Source of the DNA: Azolla caroliniana
Lineage: Eukaryota > Plantae > Polypodiophyta
Direction: 5' to 3'
Length of the DNA: 64,000 nt
Assembly (NCBI GenBank): GCA_043228905.1
Contig: JBHGNT010000004.1
Location: 12,276,001-12,340,000, forward strand
The notes under the pieces: generated by a model
What the model was told of the DNA's origin: nothing
Databases searched by the model: none
The model's input: the letters and a program-made list of their open reading frames with translations, nothing else
Made by a program: the position numbers and the translations under genes
Shown: positions 10,901 through 22,712 of the stretch, in pieces
Layout of the letters: every line of letters begins with the position of its first letter
Numbering within the stretch: the stretch's first letter is position 1

Positions 10901-13465
10901 AAGAGCTCCGATTTCAGCAAGCAGTTCAGTGTATGACTTGCCTCAACACTAGACATTCCAGAATGGAATGCAATCTGTGCACCCATTGTACAATATGTCA
11001 TTCTAAAGCTCATTTTGTCAAACAATGTGAATATAATTTGGTTAACAAAATGGCAAGATCTGTTCGACAAATTTATCCTAAAAATTCTTATCATGAGAAC
11101 AGGAATAAATCAAATAATCGATCACACAAGGATGATCGTTACGATGGTCATTATCAAGAAGACCGAAAGTTTAATAATTTTCGACGGTCGCATGATACTC
11201 GCCAAGGAAATCTCCGGTTCAATGATAACAAGAATCCGAAAGGGTCTCGGTAATTTCAACATGAGTCTTGAGAGAGAGAAAATTCCAATCCATAGGATGT
11301 TTAGCGACCTCAATATGAAACTGGTGAATCAAGTGGTTCATCAGTACCGAATTGTTACGTATGTAGGAAAGATAGTCATTATGGAAATCAATGTCTAACA
11401 AGAGAAAAAGGGAAGGCACCAACTATCAATATGGTTGTGCCCAAAATTCAACAAGTGACCACCCGAAGCAAAGGAAAACAATCAAAGTGAGAAGTACAGG
11501 ACATTGTTTGAAAAGCAGCTAAGGAATGGGTCAAAGAAGCTAATAAGAATAATGTCACTCAAATGATGTAGGATAATGAGATATCAAATAAGGAGAAACC
11601 TGTCACTCATTCCTATCCGTTACCGGTGCACGAACACGAGGAAACCTGGAAGATTTTGGCAGATTGCCAAGTATCACTACCTTTGGCAGGTTTACTAAAG
11701 TTAGTGCCTAGATTTACAGAGAAGGTGGCAACTCTTATTGCACAAAAAGACGCTGACCAAGTATCGGTTAATTATAGTCATCCAAGCATTGGTCCGACAA
11801 TTATGGATGAACAAAGTCCCTCAATAAAGGTAATAATTCGGGGTTAGGATGTTTTTGGGACTATTGTCGATGGTGGCTCAGGGGTCAATGTCATCAATAA
11901 GACCACATGTGACTAAATAGGAAGTCCACATTAATTACAAGACTTTAGTAGTACATAGTGAGATGGTGATGTGGTCATGAAAGTATTTTTATCTAGTATT
12001 TCTATTTGGATTTAGGTGGTGAACGAACAGATGGTTGATGTGGAAAATGAAGCACATTGTTGATGTGTACAATAAAGCACATTCTATTTTTGTAGAGGAT
12101 GACTGACGATGGTGTAGGGGGATGAATCATAATTTCTTGAGGCGATTAGGAGAGTAATCTTATTCTGTTTTTTGATACAAGTTCTCGATGGTATAAATCG
12201 AGATGGTTGTTGTGGTCATTGAAGAAAATTGTCTATTTTGTAAGGATGAGAGAATCATGGTGGTGTTGGGGGCTGAAGCAATGTTTTTTATGAGGGGATG
12301 ACGATAGCACATTCACTCTATTTTTTGTTTGTATAGGACTGCACAGATCGTTGATGTGGAAAACAAAGAAACTTGTAGAGGATGAGTATAGCACATTTCT
12401 GTAGAGGTTCTTGGTGGTATAAATAGAGATGGTTGATGTGGTCATTGAAGCAAATTCTCTGTTTTTTAAGGATGAGTGAATCATGGTGGTGTTGGGGGCT
12501 GAAGCAAAGTTTTTATAAGGGGATGAGGATATCACATTTACTCTATTTTTTGTTTGTACATGACTTCAATGGCAAACGAATAGACGGTTGATGTGGAAAA
12601 CGAAGAAAATCCTAAAGGATGAGTGCCCTTGTTGTAAAGGAAGAAGCGGAATTTCAAGAGGGGATTAAGAGAGTAATGTCATTATGTTTTTGTTTGGTAT
12701 GTAAGGGTTTTGCTATGATATGGCGAGATGGTTGTTGTGGACCTCTGTGTGTAGTAGTCGGTGACATGTTGGTTGGGGAAAAGGAAGCATGTTTCACTCT
12801 ATTTTTTATTTATTTTCTGTTTGTATAGGAATGCACAGATGGTTGATGTGGAGAACGAAGAAACTTGGAGAGGATGAGGATAGCACATTTCTGTACAGGA
12901 TGAGTGACGATGGTGTAGGGGGATGAAGCATAATTTCATGTGGGGATTAGGATGGTTTTTTGGTATAGGTTCTCAGTGGTATAAACCGAGATGGTTGATG
13001 TGGTCATTGAAACAAATTCTATATTTTTTAAGGATGAGTGAATCTTGGTGGTGTTGGGGGCTGAGGCAATGGTTTTATGAGGGGATGAGGATAGCACATT
13101 CACTCTATTTTTTGTTTGTACAGGACTTCAATGGCAAACGAACATACGGTTGATGTGGAAAATGAAGAAAATTGTAAAGGATGATGAGTGACGCTGGTGT
13201 CGAGGGAAGAAGGGAAATTTCATGAGGGGATTAAGAGAGTAGTGTCATTATGTTTTTAGTTTGGTATGTACAGGTTTTGCTATGCTAGGGCGAGATGGTT
13301 TCTGTGGACGTTTGTGGTAGTTGGTGACATGTTGGTTGGGGAAAAGGAAGCATGTTTTCTTTGTTTGATAAGGATGAGTGATGACTTTGTTGGGGGCTGA
13401 AACACACTTTTATGAGGGGACGACGAAAGTAGAAGAATTTTCTTTTGCAGGTGTCTGTTGTACTC

Positions 13466-14230
13466 GGCGAAGTATATTCCAAATTATTATATCTAGAAGA
13501 TTGTGATTCAGAACTTCAACGGAATGTAAGTACACACATGTTGAAGGAAACAAATGTAGGCCAGCAGGGAAAGTTTGGTTTGTACATATGCAACACCTAC
13601 AGACTATGTTGTCTTTGTGATTCCAAAAGCTTGTGCTAAACTGAAAGTTGTGGAAAATGGCCAACAAATACATGCACATATTTGTGGAAATAGGGCAGAG
13701 GAGAGTAATGTTTTTTATGGAATGGTTTATGTATTCAAAAGCTAGTGGGATAGATCAAGTCAGAGATGTACTCAATAAGGTCTCGTTTCGTGATGTGGTG
13801 CCATGGAAGGCATTAATAGCACGATTGGTCTTCATGATAGTTAGAAGATTCGGTGAAGTATATTCCAAATTATTATATCTAGAAGATTGCGATTTAGAAC
13901 TTCAATGGAATGCAAGTACACACATGTTGAAGGAAACAACTGTAGGCCAGCAGGGAAAGTTTGGTTTATACATATGCAACACCTACAGACTATGTTGTCT
14001 TTGTGATTCCGAAAGCTTGTGCTAAACTGAAAGTTGTGGAAAATGGCCAACAAATACATGCACATATTTGTGGAAATAGGAGAGTGGAGAGTAATGTTTT
14101 TTATTGAATGGTTTATGTATTCAAAAGCTAGTGGGATAGATCAAGGCAAAGATGTAACCAATAAGGTCTCGTTTCGTGATGCGGTGCCATGGAAGGCATT
14201 AATAGCACGGCTGGTCTTCATGATAGTTGG
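13466..14230 (+). repeat. 386-bp tandem duplication of degenerate PPR-like sequence
   Basis: ORFs at 13648 and 14034 both start MWKMANKYMHIFVEIG and are offset by 386 bp. Confidence 0.9.
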
Positions 14231-14885
14231 AAGGTTTACAACATATGCAATGTCAAGGGATCATCGCAGATGAATAGCTAACATGTTGAATCACTTGAAA
14301 AAGCAAAAAGAGGAGCAACATGAGGATGCGTTGATCAAGTTAAGAAGATGCAACTTCAATGAAATTCTGGAGATGAAGTCACATACATGAACTGTTTGTT
14401 ATGCTTCCCGTTCGAAAGATAGTCGACTGCAATGTTCTCATTACAAGATATGCTTCCAAATCAAAACGAGGTTGAATCTTCTGTCACAGTTGTAGGTACT
14501 ATAAAAGCTAAAGCTGCTACTAACATTGGAGCATTAGAAAATGTTACGGGCATGACCATATAATATCCCGTGGTGAGAATTTAACCCTCACAGTTATCCA
14601 CGTGTATAGAATGCTACGGTAATTCTCACCACGGGATATTATATGGTCATGCCCGTAACAGAAAAAGGCAGAGAATTGCATGTAAAGATTATGGAGATGG
14701 GCAGGCTGAAGAGAAACCAGGACATGGGTACGCTGAAGAGAAACCAGGTTGTTATTAATGCATTGTTTGCTCTATATGATACGTGTGGACTCTTACAAAA
14801 AGTACATGAACTGTTACAAATGCTTCCATTTCAAAAGATAGTCTCCGACAATGTTTTCATTATAGTTCAATGTTTAAGCCAATGA
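13640..14885 (+). pseudogene. PLS-class pentatricopeptide repeat (PPR) gene fragments
   Basis: MYSKASGID..DV.NK..RDVVPWKALIA; AATNIGALEK-GRELH after removing 14542-14660; VVINALFALYDTCGLLQKVHELLQMLP. Confidence 0.7.
14542..14660. mobile_element. 119-bp hairpin element with 40-bp perfect TIRs, TG..CA ends and a 5-bp TSD
   Basis: TGTTACGGGCATGACCATATAATATCCCGTGGTGAGAATT and its reverse complement; GAAAA at 14537-14541 and 14661-14665; the right ~80 bp recur at ~1487-1565. Confidence 0.9.
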
Positions 14886-17579
14886 TTACAAGTGATGGAA
14901 AGAACATTCATGTAGGTGTTCACTATTCTTTGTACTTTTATACTCAGACTCTTTGTAGTTTTTATTGGTCTACCACGGACACAACCTTTATAAGGTTGTT
15001 AGTGTAATCATTTTGTCATGGATGTAGAAGTTCTACTAATGAAGAAGATGTTTTTTTGGAAAAGAAAAGACCACACGTGATAAGCTTGGAATTACCAAGT
15101 GGGATGCATGTCCTCTTTGGTTAAGGATGGTCAACACAAGCACAGTTAGGCCACTCAGTTTAATTCGACAATTAGATGTCATTCTAGGGGGGCACACTTT
15201 TTAGATATCAGTAGTGATGCTTCATTGGATGCTCTTGGAGCATATCCATTACTACTAGCCCGACCGTGGTTAAAAACGGTTGATATTAAGCAAATTTGGA
15301 ACAAGAATGTGCTAACATTCAGAAAGGGAAAAACTAAGATTCGGATATCAACTCAAGAGAACGTCAGTATGGCTCGTCAATGTCTACTGGTCCATGCAGA
15401 GTCTGTCAATATGATGGAAGGACTGGATGAAACAGAGGAAGATTGGTATTTTAACTACAACCCAAAGATCATTCCACTATTCGAAGTCGACATTTTGTAG
15501 ACACTCACTTCTTATATAGAAGACAAGGAAGATGAAATTCTGGTGGATGATCGGACATTAAAAGAGTTTCGACTGTAGCAGGAAACCACTAAAAAGGAGA
15601 TGAAGGTGTCTCGAAGAGTACAAGCATCAACACTTGAAGAACTGAATTTGGTCGAGGCCGACACCGATGCTAAACCTAAGATTATACTGATAGCCAATGA
15701 AATGGTGCCGATTGATAAAGAGGAACGGAAGAATTTATTGAGACAGTACAAGGATGTCTTTGCTTGGTCATTCGAAAACATGAAAGTATTAGATCCAACA
15801 TTTTGTGAGCATTAGATAAATTTACACAAAGATGCAAAGCCAGTGCAAGAATGTTGTTACTGACTAAATCGAAACTATGCGATTAAGGTTAAAGAGGAAA
15901 TTGACAAACTATTAAGATTCGGGTTTATTCGACCAATGAAAAAGGCAACGTGGCTAAGTCCGATTGTAGTGGTCCCTAAGAAGAATGTAAAAATTGGAGT
16001 GTGTGTCGACTATAGAAAACTCAATGCATCTAAAGTAAGAGGAGCATTTCCGTTACCATTTACAAATGAGATTTTGGAAGCAGTGGCATGCCATGAGATT
16101 TAAAGTTTCCTTGATGGTTTCAGTGGTTATAATCAAGTTCGTATGCATCCGGAGGATCAAGAAAAAACAACTTTCGTAATAGAATGGGGAGTCTTTGTTG
16201 GAATCAGTTGTCATGATGTTCAGATTAAAAACAACTCCTACAAAACATTTCAAAGGGAAATTCAGGAAATTTTTAATGACTATATTCCTGCATATATGCA
16301 AGTCTTCGTCGATGATTTCGCAGTCTATAATAGAAACACCAAATACTTCGAACATTTAAGTTTATGTCTAGAACGGTGTCAAAAGGGACGACATAGTCTC
16401 AATCTGACCAAATGTGCATTCTGGGTAACAAGTGGGGCATTGCTAGTCCATATAGTAAGTCAGGACGGCATTGCAGTCCATCCTGAAATAGTGAAGGCAA
16501 TAATGGAAGCACTGGTACCAACCAATGCAAAAGCTCTCAGTCAAGTCTTCGGACAAATTAGATGGCATACGCTGATGATTCGACATCTTGCCGATGTGGC
16601 AATACTACTGCACAGAGCGCTACCCAAAACACCTTTCCAATGGACAACATTGGAACAAGATGCTTATGATTGCCTCAAGAAAATGCTTACTAAGGTACCT
16701 GTGGTACAACCTCCCGACTGGGAAAAACCTTTTCACGTCTTTGTCGATGCGTCAGATGTAGCGATCAACAGTTCCTTAATGCAAATGTCAGAGCCGAACT
16801 AGTATAGGCTAGTATACTACGTGAGTCGGAAACTCTCCACCACAGAAAGAAATTACTCAACAACCGAGTGGGAGGCTCTTGCTATGATTTATAGCATCAA
16901 TATATTCCGACACTACCTATTGGGTCAGAAATTTACATTTCACATCGACCATTCATCCTTGCTATATTTAGTGTGGAAGAAGGAACTCACATGTAAATTA
17001 GCAAGATGGACATTGCTACTTCAGGAATTCGAACTCGACATTCTTCATCGACCAGGGGTGCAACATGCAATTGCTGATTACCTCGGTCGACTAGAGTCGG
17101 GAGAGGAAGGAACAAGAGTTAAAGATGATTTTCCTAATGCTCAACTTTTTCAAGTTGACATAGTAGTAGCCACGAAGATGGGTGAGGACACAACGGACAC
17201 ATGGATTATAGAAATGACAATTTTTATTAGTATAGGACTACCACCCGAAAATATGTCTCTAGATGAAAGGAAGCGATTAGGCGTAAGAAGTCGGAATTTC
17301 TGTCTACGAAACGACACATTTTACCATAAAGGGGTTGATGGGATATGGCGGCGCATGGTTCGGCAATTTGAGAAAAAAGCAATTTTACGAGAAACCCATT
17401 CCGAAATAGCCGGAGGGCATTATGCTGGTAAACAAATGACCAGGAAAATATGGAGTAGTGGCTTGTAGTGGCCAAAGACTATGAAGGATGCGGTCAATTA
17501 CTATCGACAATGTGATTTATGTCACGAACCAGTCAACCGATAGAAAAGGACAGAATGCCTCATCAGCTAGTATTACCGT

Positions 17580-18465
17580 TGTCGTGCCTTACGGCTCTGG
17601 ATCGTTGCGTGAGTCGGGTGGGAACCGCTGGGGTTTTGGACTAGGAGGAATGAAAATCTTAAGGCAATTAAGAATATGAAATATATTGTAAGAAAGAAAG
17701 ATATGGAAAACTCGTGAATCCCACGAAGTATAGTGTATTAGTGAGTAATCAAATTAAGAGAGAAAGAATAGTCAGCAAATTCGTGAATCCCACGATTATC
17801 TTATATTAATCAACCCTTGTAAAATAATCAACAACCTCTATACATCTTTTTCTCTTCCTTATATAGTGGTGGAAGAGTCTAAGATTATCACATGCAAGCA
17901 TCATGCTTTTCCTATTTTTAGTTTTCATGCACACTGCATGTGCATGATTAGCTTTCTATCTTATCTTTTCTTTTAACTCGAGTGTCTATGCATGAATAAC
18001 TTTTTGTACTATGCATGTCTAGAAATTTTACATGTGATAAAGTTTAATATAACTTTAAAATTCATAATACCCTAGTATAATGATAAGGCTTAACATTATA
18101 ACATTATTAACATGGAGGTGCAAGGTTCGAATCTTGCCCTATCCATGTTATATATATATTTTTATACTTTCTTCTATTTACAAATACGTCTCTTCATCCG
18201 GTGAGAGACTCTCACCGGCCTTCTTCATCCGGCTCTGGTGCTTGATAGTTTTCTTTGTCCGGTTCTTACCGGGACCTCCTTACCGATCTCTTCGTCTGTT
18301 TCTCACTGACTCTCACCGGCCTTCTTCATCCGGCTCTTGCCGGGTCTCCTTGTCGGTTTCGGTCCTTACCGGTTCCTTCTTCCGGTTCTCACTAGGTACT
18401 CCATGTCCTATCCGGAGAGACCAAAAATGTAATTTTTCACGTAGTGTACGAATTACACTACGACA
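17580..18465 (-). mobile_element. Solo LTR in the integrase of element A, 4-bp TSD CCGT
   Basis: TGTCGT..ACGACA ends; CCGT at 17576-17579 and 18466-18469; removal restores VLP-LEPFQKWG; minus-strand TATA near 17860. Confidence 0.85.
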
Positions 18466-19499
18466 CCGTTAGAACCCTTCCAAAAGTGGGGTCTCAGCTT
18501 TGTCATCCCATTCAAACCGGCAGCTATCAGAACTGGCAATCGATATATTATAGTGGCTATAGACTATTGCAAGAAATGGGTCAAAGCGAAACCTTTACGG
18601 GATAACACGGCAGTGTGGACAACCAAAATTCTCTATGAATACATATGGTGTCGTTTCGGCTGCCGAACAGAATTAGTTAGAGATCAAGGTACTCATTTCA
18701 TAAATAAAATAGTACATGAATTATCTACCTATTATGCAATAGTGCGCAATAAGAGTACTCCATACTACTCTCAAGCGAATGGGTTAGACAAGTCTACAAA
18801 CAAAACCCTTCAGATGATGTTAAGAAAAATAGTTAATGAGAGTAGAACTGATTGGGATTAGAAATTGAATAGTGCTTTATGGGCCTATTGCACTTCATAC
18901 AAAGTGATTATCAACTCAACTGCATTCAGAATGGCATTCGTGTTAGAAGCAGTAACGCTAGTGGAATTCCAGGTGCTGACATTACGAGTACAAGTCACTG
19001 AAAGATTGGATGAAGAACAGTTGGAACGAGTTGGAGTTGCTCGTTTTAGAAGAAAGTAGGTTGAAGGCAATGTGTGCACTTGAACAAAAATAGACACAGA
19101 CGATGGCATTTCTGGACCGACACCGACAGCAAAAAGAAAAGATGTTCGCGGTTGGTAATCCTGTACTAGTCTTCCAGACTAAGATGGTTCAATGCCTGGA
19201 AAACTTCGATTTCGATGGATAGGGCCATTCTGGATAGTAAACAACAATAACTCACATATCAAGTCGGCACACTCTTAGGAGAAATCATGCCGAAATGGGT
19301 AAATGGTTTCCAATTGAAACTGTATAAGGGGCCGATGTCGCAAAACCAATTCAAGTCAGAGTCGGAGTCGACGCTAACAACCAACCGATCAGGCATTGCA
19401 TGGCAAGAGTCACAAATGTAAATAGTCTTGACAAAAAAAAATTGTCTTGGCAAATATATAACAGAAATAACACAAAAGCATGATGACTTCTTGGATGGT

Positions 19500-21560
19500 C
19501 TCTTTCAAACTATATATGGACAAGCCATGAAATCATGCAACATTCATTACGAGTGCTAGGGAAAAACTTAAGCCGGAAGTGTTGTGGTCATATTTTGGTG
19601 ATTATTCGCCATCGGCCAAAGCCTATCAAACTCAAGGTGGAGAAGACGAATTCTTTCAAGAGGTCTCCAAGTTTCTTTTTGAGGTCGCATTTGTTAGTCC
19701 CTGATTTTATTGTATGCCTCATTATATCTACATATGAAGGGGAAATTTTCGACTGGGGTTACTTGACGGGGGAGGCACTCAGGGAGCAACTCATTGGGGT
19801 TCAAAACGGCAAACCGATAGAATCCTACATTCAAAAGATGACTTATAGTACACTTCTTGACACCTAGTTCGGAGAGTCGGTGTAACACCCCTGGAACAAC
19901 AGACGGGCAACCAGTGCAAGAGGCAACATCAAGGACTCAGCGAGAAGTGCCACGGGAGGAATGGCAAGAACCGGAACCGACGACTATCGACACCCAACAG
20001 TCGAGACCACACCGACTATCAAAAGCCGAACCCGAGTGATAGTAGCAACCAATACCGACTCCTATACTCAACACAGCAGAACCGGAGTCGACACTGACTC
20101 TGACACCTCAACCTGTTCAAAAACTGGCTCCAAATAACACAACCCAACGATCGGGACGAACAAAGCAGAAAGCTCAGAAATATCCACCAGCTGACAAAGA
20201 AGCACTGTCTAGGAAATGGCTAGGAGTGGAGACACTGCAGCAACCGACAAAAGAAGAAAGACGTGTTGATCCAAACGACACAAGTCACATAGAGAAGGGA
20301 AAACATCATTGATGACTCCCAAGGAGGTGTTAGGCCTACCCGAGATTCCACTGGAAACACATGAATTGGCGGCCATTTTACAGTTCGGCACATCTTATGA
20401 ACTGGTCGAATGGCTTGCTCAAAGACTGCAAGAAGTATCAGGGTTGTTGGCCCAAGAACACAATGATCATGTTATGATCTAGAAATCACTTCTCGGCGTT
20501 GTCGAGCTTGAGGATTAGCAAGAGATTGATCGAATTGGCCGACAACGGAATCCCAAGAATAGAGTTGAGGCGATTCAAATGCCTCTGTTACATACAACAC
20601 TCGTCGAGGTGCATAGAGAATATGAAAAGGCAAAGAGAGCAACCAAAGACATGGTAGAAGCATGCAAGAGGGCCACGATGGCAGCAGATCGGTTGCAGGA
20701 GCAATGTTCGAAAAACCAAGTTGAGAACACCGACCTATCGGCAAAAGTCTGACAAACAGAAGAGAAGCTGAAGGTCGATTGGAGGCACAACAATTACCTG
20801 ACAGGTCACAAGAACCTAATCAACAATGGGAGGAACGACTAAAAGCCGCTGAGAAGAATGTGGAGGACACCTCCGATTGAGCCACTAGAGCGGAACAAAG
20901 GGTCAAAACATTAGAAGTCCGCATAACGTTGTCTAAGACCAAAATCGTCTAATGGTTGGATGCTAAGGATAATGGCATCCGTCAATTAAAGAGGAAATTG
21001 GCACAACAACAAGATGCAGCAAGAAGAGAAAGTGCAGGAGTTGGAGGAATACATTCAGATCCAGGAGGACTATTTTGCAAAAAAAATGTCTAAATCAATA
21101 CTCCAACAAGCCGTCACACATGAGGCGCATGAAAAGGAAACAGAACAACTGGAGTCGGTGAATACCAATTTGACAAGGATTTGTGCTGAATTAGAGGTGA
21201 AATACGAAGAGAAACGACTTGCATTGCTGATAGCGGAAGCTAAATTGATGTCCGAAAAAGGATCAACTGAGGCTCGCATATCCGAGAGGCACAGAGAACT
21301 GACTGTAGCACAGTACCGGGCCACTCTGGGTAAGGAGAAAGTCTGTGACATTCTTAAGGCCCATAAACTCAAGTCCCAACAGCTGGTAACCGACACCCTA
21401 GACAAAGGATGGAAGGCTTGGTCGGCACAAGCAGCTGAATTGCAACTTTTTCTCAAACACAAGGACAAGGGTAATACAAAAACATAGGGACAAGGGTTCT
21501 TCAAAATGAGTGAGGAGGCCATTACTGCAGTACAGGATGATCTTGCTCGAGACTTCATTT
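19500..21560 (+). pseudogene. Extra ORF of element A downstream of integrase (coiled-coil protein of unknown function), fragmented
   Basis: Fragments at 19535-19867, 19857-20039 and 21014-21487 (E/K/Q-rich). The C-terminus aligns by eye with ORF 45138-45542. Confidence 0.65.
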
Positions 21561-22712
21561 TTTACCCTCAAATTTTGGAATTTTCTCTTTTGCCCTCCAG
21601 TTTTGGAAATTTCATCTCATGCCCTCAAGCTTTTGAAATCCCTCACTATGCCCTCTCTCCTTTTCGTCTCTCCTTTTCTATTTTTTGATCCTTGCTTTTA
21701 TATTTCAATATCATTCCTTTCCTCTTCTTTTTCTCTTTCTTTCTTCTTTCTTCTCTACTTCTTCTCTTTCTTATATGTCTGTCTCTTCTTCCTCTTCTGT
21801 CTTTTTCGTGTTTTTCACTTCTTCTTAGCTTCTTTTGGCCGACTTGTCGTTTGCCTGACCAGTTGTTGCCATTCTTAACAGTTCGGAGATGACCAAGTGG
21901 CACTCGAACTAGAGGCATACGAAGCCAAATGATTGCGAACAGAAAAGGAGTCGAAGATAGACGAGGAGCCGGAAACTATTCAGCTCCCCGATAGTGAATC
22001 TAGCGGGTATTGCTCAACCGGGTCCGAGAACGCACCCCCCATCTCTCCTCCGAACGTTGAACAAGCAAAGGACACTAGCCTATCCCAGCCACTACCTCAG
22101 GAGACCCCACAGGATGATGACATGGCTGCAAAACCTAAAGGGGACTCGACAACAACGATAAATCTAGCAAAACGAACCCCAACCACACGAGAGGCCACCA
22201 CCGTCGACACAACCGAATCAACTTTAAATGAACCGAACATTTTGCATATTTTTTATGAGGCTTAATCAACTTGTGGGGTTCGATCGTGTATACACTGTCC
22301 CACCGGGCTTGCCAGTGTTGATGGGTGGATGGCTCCACCCCTTTCCCAAGGCGGTTAGACGTTAGCGAGAGAGAGAAGGAGAGAAAAATAATGAATGACA
22401 CAAAATGAGAAGGAAAGTTCAATATTCCATTACATGCCTCATAGGGGTTTATATAGTACATAATGTAACAGTTACATAATATGACCATTACATTCTTGTA
22501 CGCATGCACATAATTGTGCATGTGTTCGTATACATATTTATCCTCACTCACACTCTTATACATTACACATACCACAACCCCTTACACCACCCCGTACACT
22601 TTTACAGGTAACAATGCCTACAATTCGCCTTTGAGCAATTAGCACAAGAACATCAAGATGAGGAAATGATCTAGAGGGCCCTGCTTAGTGCACTAGAGCT
22701 GGAGGAGGAAAG

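Larger units (their letters stand above)
11913..15066 (+). other. 3.15-kb insert in the protease of element A with a 14-bp TSD and A-rich end; probable LINE-mobilised retrocopy containing PPR remnants
   Basis: AAGACCACATGTGA (11899-11912) and AAGACCACACGTGA (15067-15080). Removing the insert restores VINKTTCD-KLGITKW. Confidence 0.75.
9552..22712 (+). mobile_element. Element A: non-chromoviral Ty3/Gypsy (Athila/Tat-like), decayed, with an extra 3' ORF; no matching 3' LTR seen
   Basis: LTR TGTTAG..CAACA at 9552 to ~10062 with TATAAAA near 9760; PBS-like TGGCACGCC near 10072; gag with zinc knuckles 10337-11400; protease IVDGGSGVN near 11865; RT (VFVDDF), RNase H and integrase 15780-19400; purine tract GGAGGAGGAAAG ending at 22712. 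Confidence 0.85.

Noticed and set aside
13640-14885. Functional PPR RNA-editing gene
   Set aside because: Short frameshifted fragments with a tandem duplication and a hairpin-element insertion; no E or DYW domain seen.
21510-21918. Hydrophobic or K/R-rich ORFs suggesting an env transmembrane segment
   Set aside because: They arise from a low-complexity CT-rich tract that is open in several frames.
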